64,000 nucleotides of DNA from a virus. The position numbers and the translations under genes were made by a program. Every line of letters begins with the position of its first letter. Position 1 is the stretch's first letter. The DNA lies in the IMG/VR virus record IMGVR_UViG_3300047552_000676, positions 6,116 through 70,115 of that record; one strand, written 5' to 3'. The notes under the pieces are model-generated. The model saw only the letters and a program-made list of their open reading frames with translations. It searched no databases and was not told where the DNA came from. Below are positions 48,549 to 55,868 of this stretch, in pieces.

Positions 48549-49275
48549 CTTCGCTCTCCATGACAGGCATCTTGGCGTCCTTCTCCACCACGACTTCCAA
48601 CATCTTGAGCTTGTTGTTCTTGACGCGCTTCTTGCCAGCATACTTCGCCATTTCTTCTAGCGTTTCCTGCGCGGTCTCAATGGTAGGTGGCTCGTAGTCT
48701 TCAGTGATTTCGTTCTTGTGAACTTTGCGCGGCTCGTACAGCTTGCCTTCGGCAAGAAGCTTCTTCTTACGCTTCTTGAAGACTTCAACCGACACCACCG
48801 AGTCCTGTAGGATGCTGGCGATAACCGGCTTCTTCGCACCCTTGAAGTAGGATTTGCCTACGATTGAAATTGTCTTGTCTACCCCAGTACCAAGGACATA
48901 GCCGCTGTAGTAGTTGTCAAGGTAGTCGGGACCAAGACGGAAGTAGACTTTCTGTAAGAAAGTGAAGCCAAACTTTTCCAGTGAGCCTGCAGTCTTGAGT
49001 AGACCCATCAGAACGCGACACTGCTTCGGGGTCATGGAAGCAATCGTGGAGGCCAGCATCGAAAAGGTTTCCGGTGAGATGGCACTCAATACGCTGACGT
49101 TCGCTGTGTAACATGGTGGAGCCGTACCGTAGGCTTTGACGCCCAGAGTGGCACAGGGTTTTCCAATAGACGGATGAGACGTCCCGTTGAAGTGCATGCA
49201 ATCTCCGCAACGCAGGATTACGTTGCTGCGAGTTGCGCCAGCATTTTGGACGAATCTTTTTTCAAGCTTAGACAA
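48541..49275 (-). CDS. Hypothetical protein with N-terminal CxxC zinc motif
   Basis: CGDCMHF...C...C. Confidence 0.6.
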   Translation of the reverse strand: MSKLEKRFVQNAGATRSNVILRCGDCMHFNGTSHPSIGKPCATLGVKAYGTAPPCYTANVSVLSAISPETFSMLASTIASMTPKQCRVLMGLLKTAGSLEKFGFTFLQKVYFRLGPDYLDNYYSGYVLGTGVDKTISIVGKSYFKGAKKPVIASILQDSVVSVEVFKKRKKKLLAEGKLYEPRKVHKNEITEDYEPPTIETAQETLEEMAKYAGKKRVKNNKLKMLEVVVEKDAKMPVMESEDA

Positions 49276-49278
49276 GAG

Positions 49279-49749
49279 CTATCTCCGTTGAAATACACGA
49301 TTGAATTCGTTTGTGATCAACCTCTTGATCACGTTCTGACGACTCAGTTTATAAAAGTTTGTCAGTTGATCTAGCTGGCTCTTTACTTGGTTGTCCAGCC
49401 CTAAGACGACGGGAAATCGTTTGTTCGGGTCGCCTGACGCGTAGTCGTGAGCAATCTGCACTCTAGTAGCTAGAAATAGCAGGCGCTCCATTTCAGGGGC
49501 CTTCATGCCTAGAGTGAGGTTGAAATAACTACGATTAGAGATTAGCTTGAGAGCTACATTATGCATCAGTGTGTGATGCCCTGTGCATAGAGTTACTGTG
49601 GGTCCGTCTGTTCCTCCATAGGCCCTTGGTACAATGTGATGTTCATGCCGAATCGTATGCGGGTCGCCACCTGAATCTGCCAGAAGTTTTCTACATATCC
49701 AGCACACGTTGAGGCGTTTACTGAATTCTTCTACCGGCAGATTGCTCAT
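49279..49749 (-). CDS. HNH endonuclease with C-terminal ribbon-helix-helix-like domain
   Basis: CWIC...HEHHIVPRAYGG...LCTGHH; C-terminal LSRQNVIKRLI. Confidence 0.8.
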   Translation of the reverse strand: MSNLPVEEFSKRLNVCWICRKLLADSGGDPHTIRHEHHIVPRAYGGTDGPTVTLCTGHHTLMHNVALKLISNRSYFNLTLGMKAPEMERLLFLATRVQIAHDYASGDPNKRFPVVLGLDNQVKSQLDQLTNFYKLSRQNVIKRLITNEFNRVFQRR

Positions 49750-50261
49750 TAGAATCTACCACCTAGTTGCAAGGCGTCGGCAATCGCCAGAACGTTTTCA
49801 GCCTCGGCATTGAAGTGCTTCACCAGCATTTCATATCCCTGGTCGGCAGACGTAAGATAATGGATGTCGAATGCCAAGTCTTTTCCACCAAGCGCATCAC
49901 CCATTGCTCGACACCAGCTCCTTGCCGACTTGGAAACCATGCCATCATCTGCGATGGAAAAGTACGGGATAAAGTTTGTGTACTCGTCGGCACCGAGCTC
50001 CATCATAAAATCCCGAGCCATCTTTCCGAATCCGGGGACGCAGCCCGCGACATAGGAACTGATACCTGTCACATCGTTGAACAGATGTCGAAACACCATG
50101 GGTTGGAACGTTTGCTCGAAGGGGGTTTCCAGTCCTTTCTTTCGAGGAATCCCTGGTGGAGTAACGTACATGACTGGATGGGAGTTAGCCTTGATCGGAG
50201 CCAGTCTAGTTAGGTTATGCCAGTATTCCAAACTCTCTGGTCTCAATACAGCGACGTACAT
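49749..50261 (-). CDS. Hypothetical protein
   Basis: 170 aa ORF. Confidence 0.55.
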   Translation of the reverse strand: MYVAVLRPESLEYWHNLTRLAPIKANSHPVMYVTPPGIPRKKGLETPFEQTFQPMVFRHLFNDVTGISSYVAGCVPGFGKMARDFMMELGADEYTNFIPYFSIADDGMVSKSARSWCRAMGDALGGKDLAFDIHYLTSADQGYEMLVKHFNAEAENVLAIADALQLGGRF

Positions 50262-50269
50262 GGTACACC

Positions 50270-51142
50270 TTACTTTCTGTTCTCAAAAGGGAAACTCCAC
50301 TTCTTGATAAGAAAGGAAAGCACCTTGCTGTCCACGATCGTACACTGCTTGAGCATTTCCATTTCTTTAGAGTTCATCATCCAAATCCAAGTGGCATCCC
50401 ACCAATAGATAGGCTCAGCGATTTGTACTAGCTTCATAGAGCTAAACTTTTTCGAGACGATTTCAACCACTTCCTGAATAGCCTGCTCTCTAGTGTCAGC
50501 AAAGGCTTTTGAAATCTTCTCTTTGTCCTGCGTCTTCATCGCAGGCATCAAGCCGCGAACATAGTCGTTGGACACCCCAATCACAAACTGTTTGTTCAGG
50601 ATCGGATAATCCGCAAAGTTTGTCGCCAGGATGCCCTTCGCGTTCAGCTTGCGCACTGACAACGGCGGAGTGGTGATAGTAAGAACTGGGACGTACCCAG
50701 CAAAGGTTCCATCGCGTTGAATGCGCGATTGAACCGCGTTCATGTTCTTGTCGTACGTCTTCAGAGTACGCGTGTCAAGATCGTTCGCAATCTTTTCCGG
50801 CAGATCGTTCCCGCGCTTGAGCTCACCGATTGCAATACCAATTGAAAAGCTGAGCTCCTTGTACGCGTCTGCCAGCTCTTCCTTTGCGGCCTTCTGCATC
50901 AGAGTATCTGACTCTAGCCCTTCCCGTACCGAAGTGACGGTGTTCTTGAACTTGTAGATCACCTTCTTCATGCCGGGCAGCATGGTGAGCAAACGCGACA
51001 ACGTTGGTTGGATTGTCTTCCATTCAAAACGCTGCGCGGCCCTGTTCAGGTCTTCCACCAGTTCATAGGCTTCCGACTCATCAAAAGCGACGGGTGTGTC
51101 CAAGTCAGGTGCTTCGTCTGTAGTCGCTACGAGTGATTTCAT
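50270..51142 (-). CDS. Hypothetical protein
   Basis: 290 aa ORF. Confidence 0.6.
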   Translation of the reverse strand: MKSLVATTDEAPDLDTPVAFDESEAYELVEDLNRAAQRFEWKTIQPTLSRLLTMLPGMKKVIYKFKNTVTSVREGLESDTLMQKAAKEELADAYKELSFSIGIAIGELKRGNDLPEKIANDLDTRTLKTYDKNMNAVQSRIQRDGTFAGYVPVLTITTPPLSVRKLNAKGILATNFADYPILNKQFVIGVSNDYVRGLMPAMKTQDKEKISKAFADTREQAIQEVVEIVSKKFSSMKLVQIAEPIYWWDATWIWMMNSKEMEMLKQCTIVDSKVLSFLIKKWSFPFENRK

Positions 51143-51172
51143 GTGGGAACTTTCTGTAAAGTGAAAACGCCA

Positions 51173-51208
51173 ATAGGGCGCTAGACCCTTGGAAGCCTAG
51201 CGCCCTAT
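51173..51208 (-). terminator. Intrinsic terminator-like hairpin after the histone-like gene
   Basis: ATAGGGCGCTAG...CTAGCGCCCTAT inverted repeat. Confidence 0.7.
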
Positions 51209-51217
51209 CACTGATTG

Positions 51218-51616
51218 TCAGTCCACTTCCGGGAAGTCGTCGTCATCGTCCTTGGACTTCTTCGACTTCTTGCCAGAGTCTTTGCCCTTCTTGCCTTTGC
51301 CTTCGGGCTTGATCTTCTTGGCGGGACCCTTCTTGCCTTCCTTCTTGGCCTTCTTGCCTTCCTTCTTTTCCTTCTTGGCCTTCTTTTCCTTGCCTTCCTT
51401 CTTCTCCTTCTTGCCTTCCTTCTTGGCTTTCTTTTCCTTGCCTTCCTTCTTGACCTTCTTGCCTTCCTTCTTTTCCTTCTTTTCCTTCTTGGCCTTCTTG
51501 GGGGCTTCGTCGCCGTCGTCGGACTCGTCCAGCAGGCCCAGCATCTTTTCGTCCAGAGAAGAGACCTTCTCCATCAGCTTGGCACGGATCTTCATCAGCT
51601 TCTGCAGCTTCTTCAT
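51218..51616 (-). CDS. Lysine-rich histone H1-like DNA-binding protein
   Basis: MKKLQK start with GGAG RBS; KKEGK/KKAK repeats flanked by acidic stretches. Confidence 0.8.
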   Translation of the reverse strand: MKKLQKLMKIRAKLMEKVSSLDEKMLGLLDESDDGDEAPKKAKKEKKEKKEGKKVKKEGKEKKAKKEGKKEKKEGKEKKAKKEKKEGKKAKKEGKKGPAKKIKPEGKGKKGKDSGKKSKKSKDDDDDFPEVD

Positions 51617-51633
51617 AACTATCACTCCATGGA

Positions 51634-51708
51634 ATGAGAGTGGCACGCTTGAAAAGTACCTTGATCGAGGCGCGTGCCACTCTCATGAGAAGGAGAGAGG
51701 CCTCGATC
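51634..51708 (-). promoter_or_regulatory. 5' leader H-type pseudoknot before the histone-like gene
   Basis: Perfect 9-bp stem (51700-51708/51663-51671) interleaved with perfect 15-bp stem (51672-51686/51634-51648). Confidence 0.65.
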
Positions 51709-51722
51709 GTGGGTTCTAAAAC

Positions 51723-51974
51723 TTAGGCCGCCAGACGCCGATTGCATTCAGCGATGTGGGCATCGAGGAAGCGATTCTGCCGCTGCAAGAGGCGCATCTT
51801 GCGGTTGATGAGCGTTTGCTCTTCCATCGGGTTGGAGCAGTTCTCCAAGGCTTCCGAAAGCGCGTCGTTCAGCTTGTTGTACGCGTCGTTCCGACGGCTG
51901 AACTTCTTCATGTAATCCAGGGTTTCTTGGACAGAGGCCAGAACGTTCTTCGTCTTTTGCAGAGTGGTTTGCAT
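51723..51974 (-). CDS. Hypothetical early protein
   Basis: 83 aa, GC3-rich, directly after a sigma70 promoter. Confidence 0.6.
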   Translation of the reverse strand: MQTTLQKTKNVLASVQETLDYMKKFSRRNDAYNKLNDALSEALENCSNPMEEQTLINRKMRLLQRQNRFLDAHIAECNRRLAA

Positions 51975-52022
51975 ACAAGCCTTGAGGTTGGTGGTTTTAC
52001 ACTAGGGCTGCGCCCTGGATAA

Positions 52023-52051
52023 ATTATACCATAAATCAAAACAAAATGCAA
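52023..52051 (-). promoter_or_regulatory. Sigma70-type promoter
   Basis: TTGCAT-17-TATAAT with extended TG. Confidence 0.85.
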
Positions 52052-52060
52052 GGACTATTT

Positions 52061-52445
52061 GGGAGGGGCTAGTGTCTCCCCCTCTGCTCACACCCGGGAT
52101 CGCTTTTGCGATCTTGCCTGTGAGTTCGAGCAGTGCGTCGCTCTTAAACGTTTCTCGCTTACCCGGCGACGAGGCATCACAGGTTCGGAGACCAGTGAAC
52201 CGTTTCGCTGTTACGAGGCCACCCGTGAACTCCGTGGCGGCACTGGAGGCAGGTCATTAAATTTCATCTTAGACGTCAGACCTTTAACGTGACTCATGCC
52301 AGTCTGGAGTTGCTCCACGTATCGGCACTACCTTGTTCAGCAACCAAACAACGAACTGAAAAGCTGCTGAAGTAAGCTCACTGCAATTGAGTCTAAGACT
52401 ATCTGCATTTATCGCGCTCGGTCGGCACTCAGTATGCAGCGGACT
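52061..52445 (-). ncRNA. Large structured ncRNA of unknown class (about 385 nt)
   Basis: No credible ORF; more than 10 helices and putative pseudoknots; starts right after tRNA-Val. Confidence 0.65.
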
Positions 52446-52451
52446 GAAAAC

Positions 52452-52525
52452 TGGTAGCCCCTACAAGAATCGAACTTGTGTATCCGCCGTGTAAAAGCGA
52501 TGTTCTACCATTGAACTAAGGGGCT
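52452..52525 (-). tRNA. tRNA-Val(TAC)
   Basis: Cloverleaf, loop TTTACAC, encoded CCA. Confidence 0.85.
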
Positions 52526-52531
52526 GAAAAT

Positions 52532-52608
52532 TGATGGGAAGGGCTGGATTCAAACCAGCGACGCAAGCCTTATAATGGACTCCGCTCTATCAACTGAGCT
52601 ACCCTCCC
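52532..52608 (-). tRNA. Aberrant tRNA or tRNA pseudogene with 8-nt anticodon loop (CATTATAA)
   Basis: Intact acceptor, D and T stems, but T-loop TTTGAAT, 3' end TCA and 8-nt anticodon loop. Confidence 0.6.
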
Positions 52609-52614
52609 GAAATC

Positions 52615-52688
52615 TGGAGCGGGAAACGGGAATCGAACCCGTGTCATTAGCTTGGAAGGCTAAGGTTCTACCATTAAACTACTCCCGC
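52615..52688 (-). tRNA. tRNA-Gly(TCC)
   Basis: Canonical cloverleaf, T73, CCA. Confidence 0.95.
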
Positions 52689-52693
52689 AAGAA

Positions 52694-53125
52694 GTGGTCG
52701 GTTCTTACACAGACCCCCAGCAAGACTTGCGTCTAACTAGAGGTGACCGACCTTGCGAGGGCCTTCACTTCACTGGATCGGTATCACCAGAAAGATCCGG
52801 GGCTCCCCCGCTCACTGGCTCAGGCACGCTGAGCGAACAGACTGTCGTTGGCAGTTGCTTGCTTTGCTTGGTATTTCATCTTGCTTCGTTTCCTCCACAA
52901 GACGAGGGCTCCGCTTGCCCTAGCAGTTCATCTCAGTGTTCTCATCCCCGTCGAAACCAGGACTGGCCCACCTAAGGATACTCAAGGTCGCTACTGACAT
53001 AAAAGTATCATACTTTGTTAGGCGTATGAACTCAGGAATATCCTTAGGTGGACCAGGCGAGAGTCGAACTCGCGTCCGGAAACAATTACACTTCGATTCT
53101 GGCAGGATTCACGCCCTGCCTACTG
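52694..53125 (-). ncRNA. ssrA: Circularly permuted (two-piece) tmRNA, tag (A)ANDSLFAQRA
   Basis: Acceptor piece ends GCGAG-TTCGACT-CTCGC-CTGGTCC-A at 53049. A hairpin intervening segment spans 52970-53048. The coding piece starts GGGCCAG..TTTCGACGGGG at 52969, giving a G3-U70 pair. Tag at 52820-52852. Outer boundaries approximate. Confidence 0.9.
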
Positions 53126-53187
53126 CCATCTGAACTTATTTACAATGTTTTCAAGTGACTACTGCTGTGACTGCAGAAGTCAGCACC

Positions 53188-53379
53188 TTGATTCAAGAAA
53201 AGATTACTCTAAGGATTAGAGTCTTGACTAGAGCATTAATTCTTCGTGGCATCGGACAACAGACCTCCGTCGTGGATAGGCTGTCTAGCTCACCTATCCC
53301 TCGTAAGCGTCTGTGCCTACTTTATCCGTTGACTATCTCGTTGGCCTAACGATTTGAGAGTAATCTTATCTCGAATCAA
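53188..53379 (-). ncRNA. Rod-shaped ncRNA of about 190 nt (6S-like topology)
   Basis: About 22-bp closing stem, large central bubble, nested stems CGGATA/TGTCCG, ACAGAC/GTCTGT, GGATAGG/CCTATCC. Confidence 0.55.
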
Positions 53380-53381
53380 CA

Positions 53382-53458
53382 TGGCGCGACCAGAGGGAGT
53401 CGAACCCCCGACCCACATCTTAGAAGGATGTTGCTCTATCCGGCTGAGCTATGGTCGC
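53382..53458 (-). tRNA. tRNA-Arg(TCT)
   Basis: Canonical cloverleaf, CCA. Confidence 0.95.
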
Positions 53459-53463
53459 AAGAT

Positions 53464-53550
53464 TGGTGCGGGTGAGAGGACTCGAACCTCCACGCTATTT
53501 CTAGCGCCAGACTCTAAATCTAGTGCGTCTACCAATTTCGCCACACCCGC
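53464..53550 (-). tRNA. tRNA-Leu(TAG)
   Basis: Type II cloverleaf, CCA. Confidence 0.95.
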
Positions 53551-53567
53551 AAATTTTGCGAAGCACT

Positions 53568-54155
53568 CTAAGAGTTTTTAAGACTCAGAGGCTTCAAGCT
53601 TATAACTGCAAAGGTTCTTAGATGACCTTCGTCAGAACCCCACAGTTCTGAACTAAACTCTTTCACATCATCCATGGACGACAGCGGTAGTAGCCGAACA
53701 GGAGTGCTGCGTCGGTCGAGGTAATAGGCGTATCTATCTGGGCGATCAAAGCTCTTCCTCAGCATCGACTGCCAAAAGGTTTTGCCTAGATCTGTCTGCT
53801 GAGTATCAGAGATTAGAGCGGTGTATTTTGGTAGTAGAATCTCATTGAAAACGTGCTCTGCAAACCCCGAAGCCTTGGGTTCTGAGTAGTACCGCCATAA
53901 AAGAACTTGACGACCTAATCGAAAACCATTTGCACGAACTTCCTTATGGCGTACCAAATACACCACTTTCTCGTCAACCACCAGAGCCACATATCCAATG
54001 TTCTTGTCACCGAAGGAATAAACCTTTTCGCCTTGGTATAACTCCAAGGGGGTGGGGGCGCTCTTACCTTTCTTATAGATTAGAGAGAGGACGTACAGAA
54101 TAAGGCTATCGCCTAAATTAGGAATTATCTTAGTGGCCTCTATTTCATTCGACAT
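53568..54155 (-). CDS. GNAT-like hypothetical protein (paralog of 56369..57040)
   Basis: ISDTQQTDLGKTFW motif. Confidence 0.55.
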   Translation of the reverse strand: MSNEIEATKIIPNLGDSLILYVLSLIYKKGKSAPTPLELYQGEKVYSFGDKNIGYVALVVDEKVVYLVRHKEVRANGFRLGRQVLLWRYYSEPKASGFAEHVFNEILLPKYTALISDTQQTDLGKTFWQSMLRKSFDRPDRYAYYLDRRSTPVRLLPLSSMDDVKEFSSELWGSDEGHLRTFAVISLKPLSLKNS

Positions 54156-54165
54156 GAACTAATCC

Positions 54166-54492
54166 TTAGTCTTTAGAAGGATTCTTTGGCAGACCAGTGT
54201 TTGTGAACTCACCCCAATTCATTAACAGTGTTGTCCCCGACATATACTCTTTGTGATTCAGGCTTCGATAAGTGCCACGATTTAGACCTTCACCACGTAC
54301 TGCAATGATGAACGGAACAGAGTTTGTCTTCTGGGTCATTCTGCGAAGAGAACCAACTGAGATTTGCTTTTTGCGGAGTTGTCCATCGTATGGACCGCCT
54401 TGAAAGCGAAGGGAAACTACTACGTCAGTCACAGTGTTATGTACGAACTGGATCAGGGAACTTAAACTTTTCTTGCAGGATCTGCACCACAC
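54166..54492 (-). CDS. Hypothetical protein
   Basis: FQGGPYDGQ motif; start uncertain. Confidence 0.5.
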   Translation of the reverse strand: MWCRSCKKSLSSLIQFVHNTVTDVVVSLRFQGGPYDGQLRKKQISVGSLRRMTQKTNSVPFIIAVRGEGLNRGTYRSLNHKEYMSGTTLLMNWGEFTNTGLPKNPSKD

Positions 54493-54742
54493 GATCGATC
54501 AGCGGTCGATCAGCGGTCCAGAACTCTATCATTAAGTAGGTAGGGTCCACCGACTGGAAGAACAAATGAGACCTACGAAACTCGTTGCTGAACTCCGAGT
54601 TCGACCATTGCGTTTGGCTATTGCAGAACGCTATGACCTTCTCGTTGAAGTTAGTCAACGACTCCTCTGTAGAGTGAAAGGTCAGACAGACACCCTTCAT
54701 AGGCATTGACCCGAGACGGATCGCTACGTTGTCGAAATTCAT
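54437..54742 (-). CDS. Hypothetical protein
   Basis: MNFDNV start with upstream GGGG. Confidence 0.5.
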   Translation of the reverse strand: MNFDNVAIRLGSMPMKGVCLTFHSTEESLTNFNEKVIAFCNSQTQWSNSEFSNEFRRSHLFFQSVDPTYLMIEFWTADRPLIDRVVQILQEKFKFPDPVRT

Positions 54743-54766
54743 TTTTGAAATCCCCATTAGATTTGA

Positions 54767-54790
54767 TGGTGCGAGCGGCGGAAATCGAAC
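54767..54790 (-). pseudogene. 3' fragment of a tRNA (T-loop, acceptor strand and CCA only)
   Basis: GTTCGATTTCCGCCGCTCGCACCA with no 5' half. Confidence 0.7.
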
Positions 54791-54791
54791 A

Positions 54792-54876
54792 TGGTGGGCG
54801 GTGAGAGACTCGAACTCTCACACCTTTCGGCGTCTGAGCTTAAATCAGATGTGTCTACCAATTTCACCAACCGCCC
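54792..54876 (-). tRNA. tRNA-Leu(TAA)
   Basis: Type II cloverleaf, CCA. Confidence 0.93.
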
Positions 54877-54909
54877 TATTGTTAACGACTACGTCTAGAC
54901 TCGCGACGA

Positions 54910-55113
54910 TTATTCTAAGACACGGATCTCAACTGAAGCTACTCGACATCCAGACGACTTCAACTTTGACCATTCTTTTGCGCCATAGAAGTTCGCGGCC
55001 CACTCTTCTACTTGTTCCTTACTACTCCGCGTAGAGTAAGGTAGAACTTGATTATAGTCGTTCACGATAGCCGCCGCCAACCTAGTGATAGGTTGCTCTT
55101 TGGGGTTTTTCAT
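54910..55113 (-). CDS. Hypothetical protein
   Basis: 67 aa ORF between tRNAs. Confidence 0.5.
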   Translation of the reverse strand: MKNPKEQPITRLAAAIVNDYNQVLPYSTRSSKEQVEEWAANFYGAKEWSKLKSSGCRVASVEIRVLE

Positions 55114-55149
55114 TCATGAATCATGCAGTGTGAATTCATTGTTAGTAAG

Positions 55150-55235
55150 TGGTCGGAGTGATAGGATTCGAACCTACGGGGCTTTCGCACTGCGTCCCAA
55201 ACGCAGCCCGCTACCTGACTACGGTCTACACTCCG
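55150..55235 (-). tRNA. tRNA-Pro(TGG) with atypical long variable region
   Basis: CGGAGTG acceptor, CTGCG-TTTGGGA-CGCAG anticodon arm, 12-nt variable region; 86 nt. Confidence 0.85.
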
Positions 55236-55246
55236 ACTGAACTCTA

Positions 55247-55432
55247 TTAGTCCCAGTAATCCGGCTTTGCCCGCTCACGAGGTTCCAACCTATCGAGTTC
55301 AGATTGATTACCGCGAACCAGAGAACGGATAAACATATTGAACTCTCGCCGCAACGGGCGAATCTCAAACAGATTGGTAAACCAAGAGGGTGCACCACGA
55401 CGGTGCTTGGGACGAAACTTTGACTTGCTCAT
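55247..55432 (-). CDS. Hypothetical basic protein
   Basis: AGGAG RBS, PSWFTN motif. Confidence 0.55.
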   Translation of the reverse strand: MSKSKFRPKHRRGAPSWFTNLFEIRPLRREFNMFIRSLVRGNQSELDRLEPRERAKPDYWD

Positions 55433-55502
55433 GTGATGCTCCTAGGTATTTAGCCTAAAGCCTCACGACCTCCATCACGCAAGGTGTTCTCCTTTGATCA
55501 GG

Positions 55503-55868
55503 TTACGCTGGCGTCCGAGAGTAATCGAACACGGAGTTCGGAATTCTCCGATAGCCATCGGAAGTCAAGGCATAAACCCTAACCTCTGTTTTAGCCTGTC
55601 GGACTATTTGTTCAAAGTCCATGATGTAAAAGGATTGCGACCCAAACATCGTGTCCAAAGCCTGGAACTGAACTTTGTAGTTATCTTTCACTTGGTAACG
55701 ATGCTCGACGATTTCGCATTCAACAATCTCTTCAGGCTGAGACGATGAAGTAAAGGCAATGCCTGGAATGATGCCCACGAACTCCAGGCGCTGCATCGGT
55801 ATGAAGAACCGTAGATTCTTGACTCCATACTCGGACACTAGGTTGGCTAGGCGCATGTCACTCTCCAA
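55503..55868 (-). CDS. Hypothetical protein
   Basis: 121 aa ORF. Confidence 0.55.
   Translation of the reverse strand: MESDMRLANLVSEYGVKNLRFFIPMQRLEFVGIIPGIAFTSSSQPEEIVECEIVEHRYQVKDNYKVQFQALDTMFGSQSFYIMDFEQIVRQAKTEVRVYALTSDGYRRIPNSVFDYSRTPA

Noticed and set aside
51240-51510. Dense CTTCTTGCCTTC-type repeats as a CRISPR array or VNTR
   Set aside because: They are Lys/Glu/Gly codons of the histone-like protein; there are no unique spacers and no cas genes.
52061-52445. RNase P RNA
   Set aside because: The size fits, but the GAGGAAAGUCC and 3' ACAGAA..GGCUUA signatures were not found.
54767-54876. Prophage attachment site at the tRNA fragment
   Set aside because: No integrase lies in the window, the fragment does not duplicate a tRNA 3' end here, and both flanks are phage-like.
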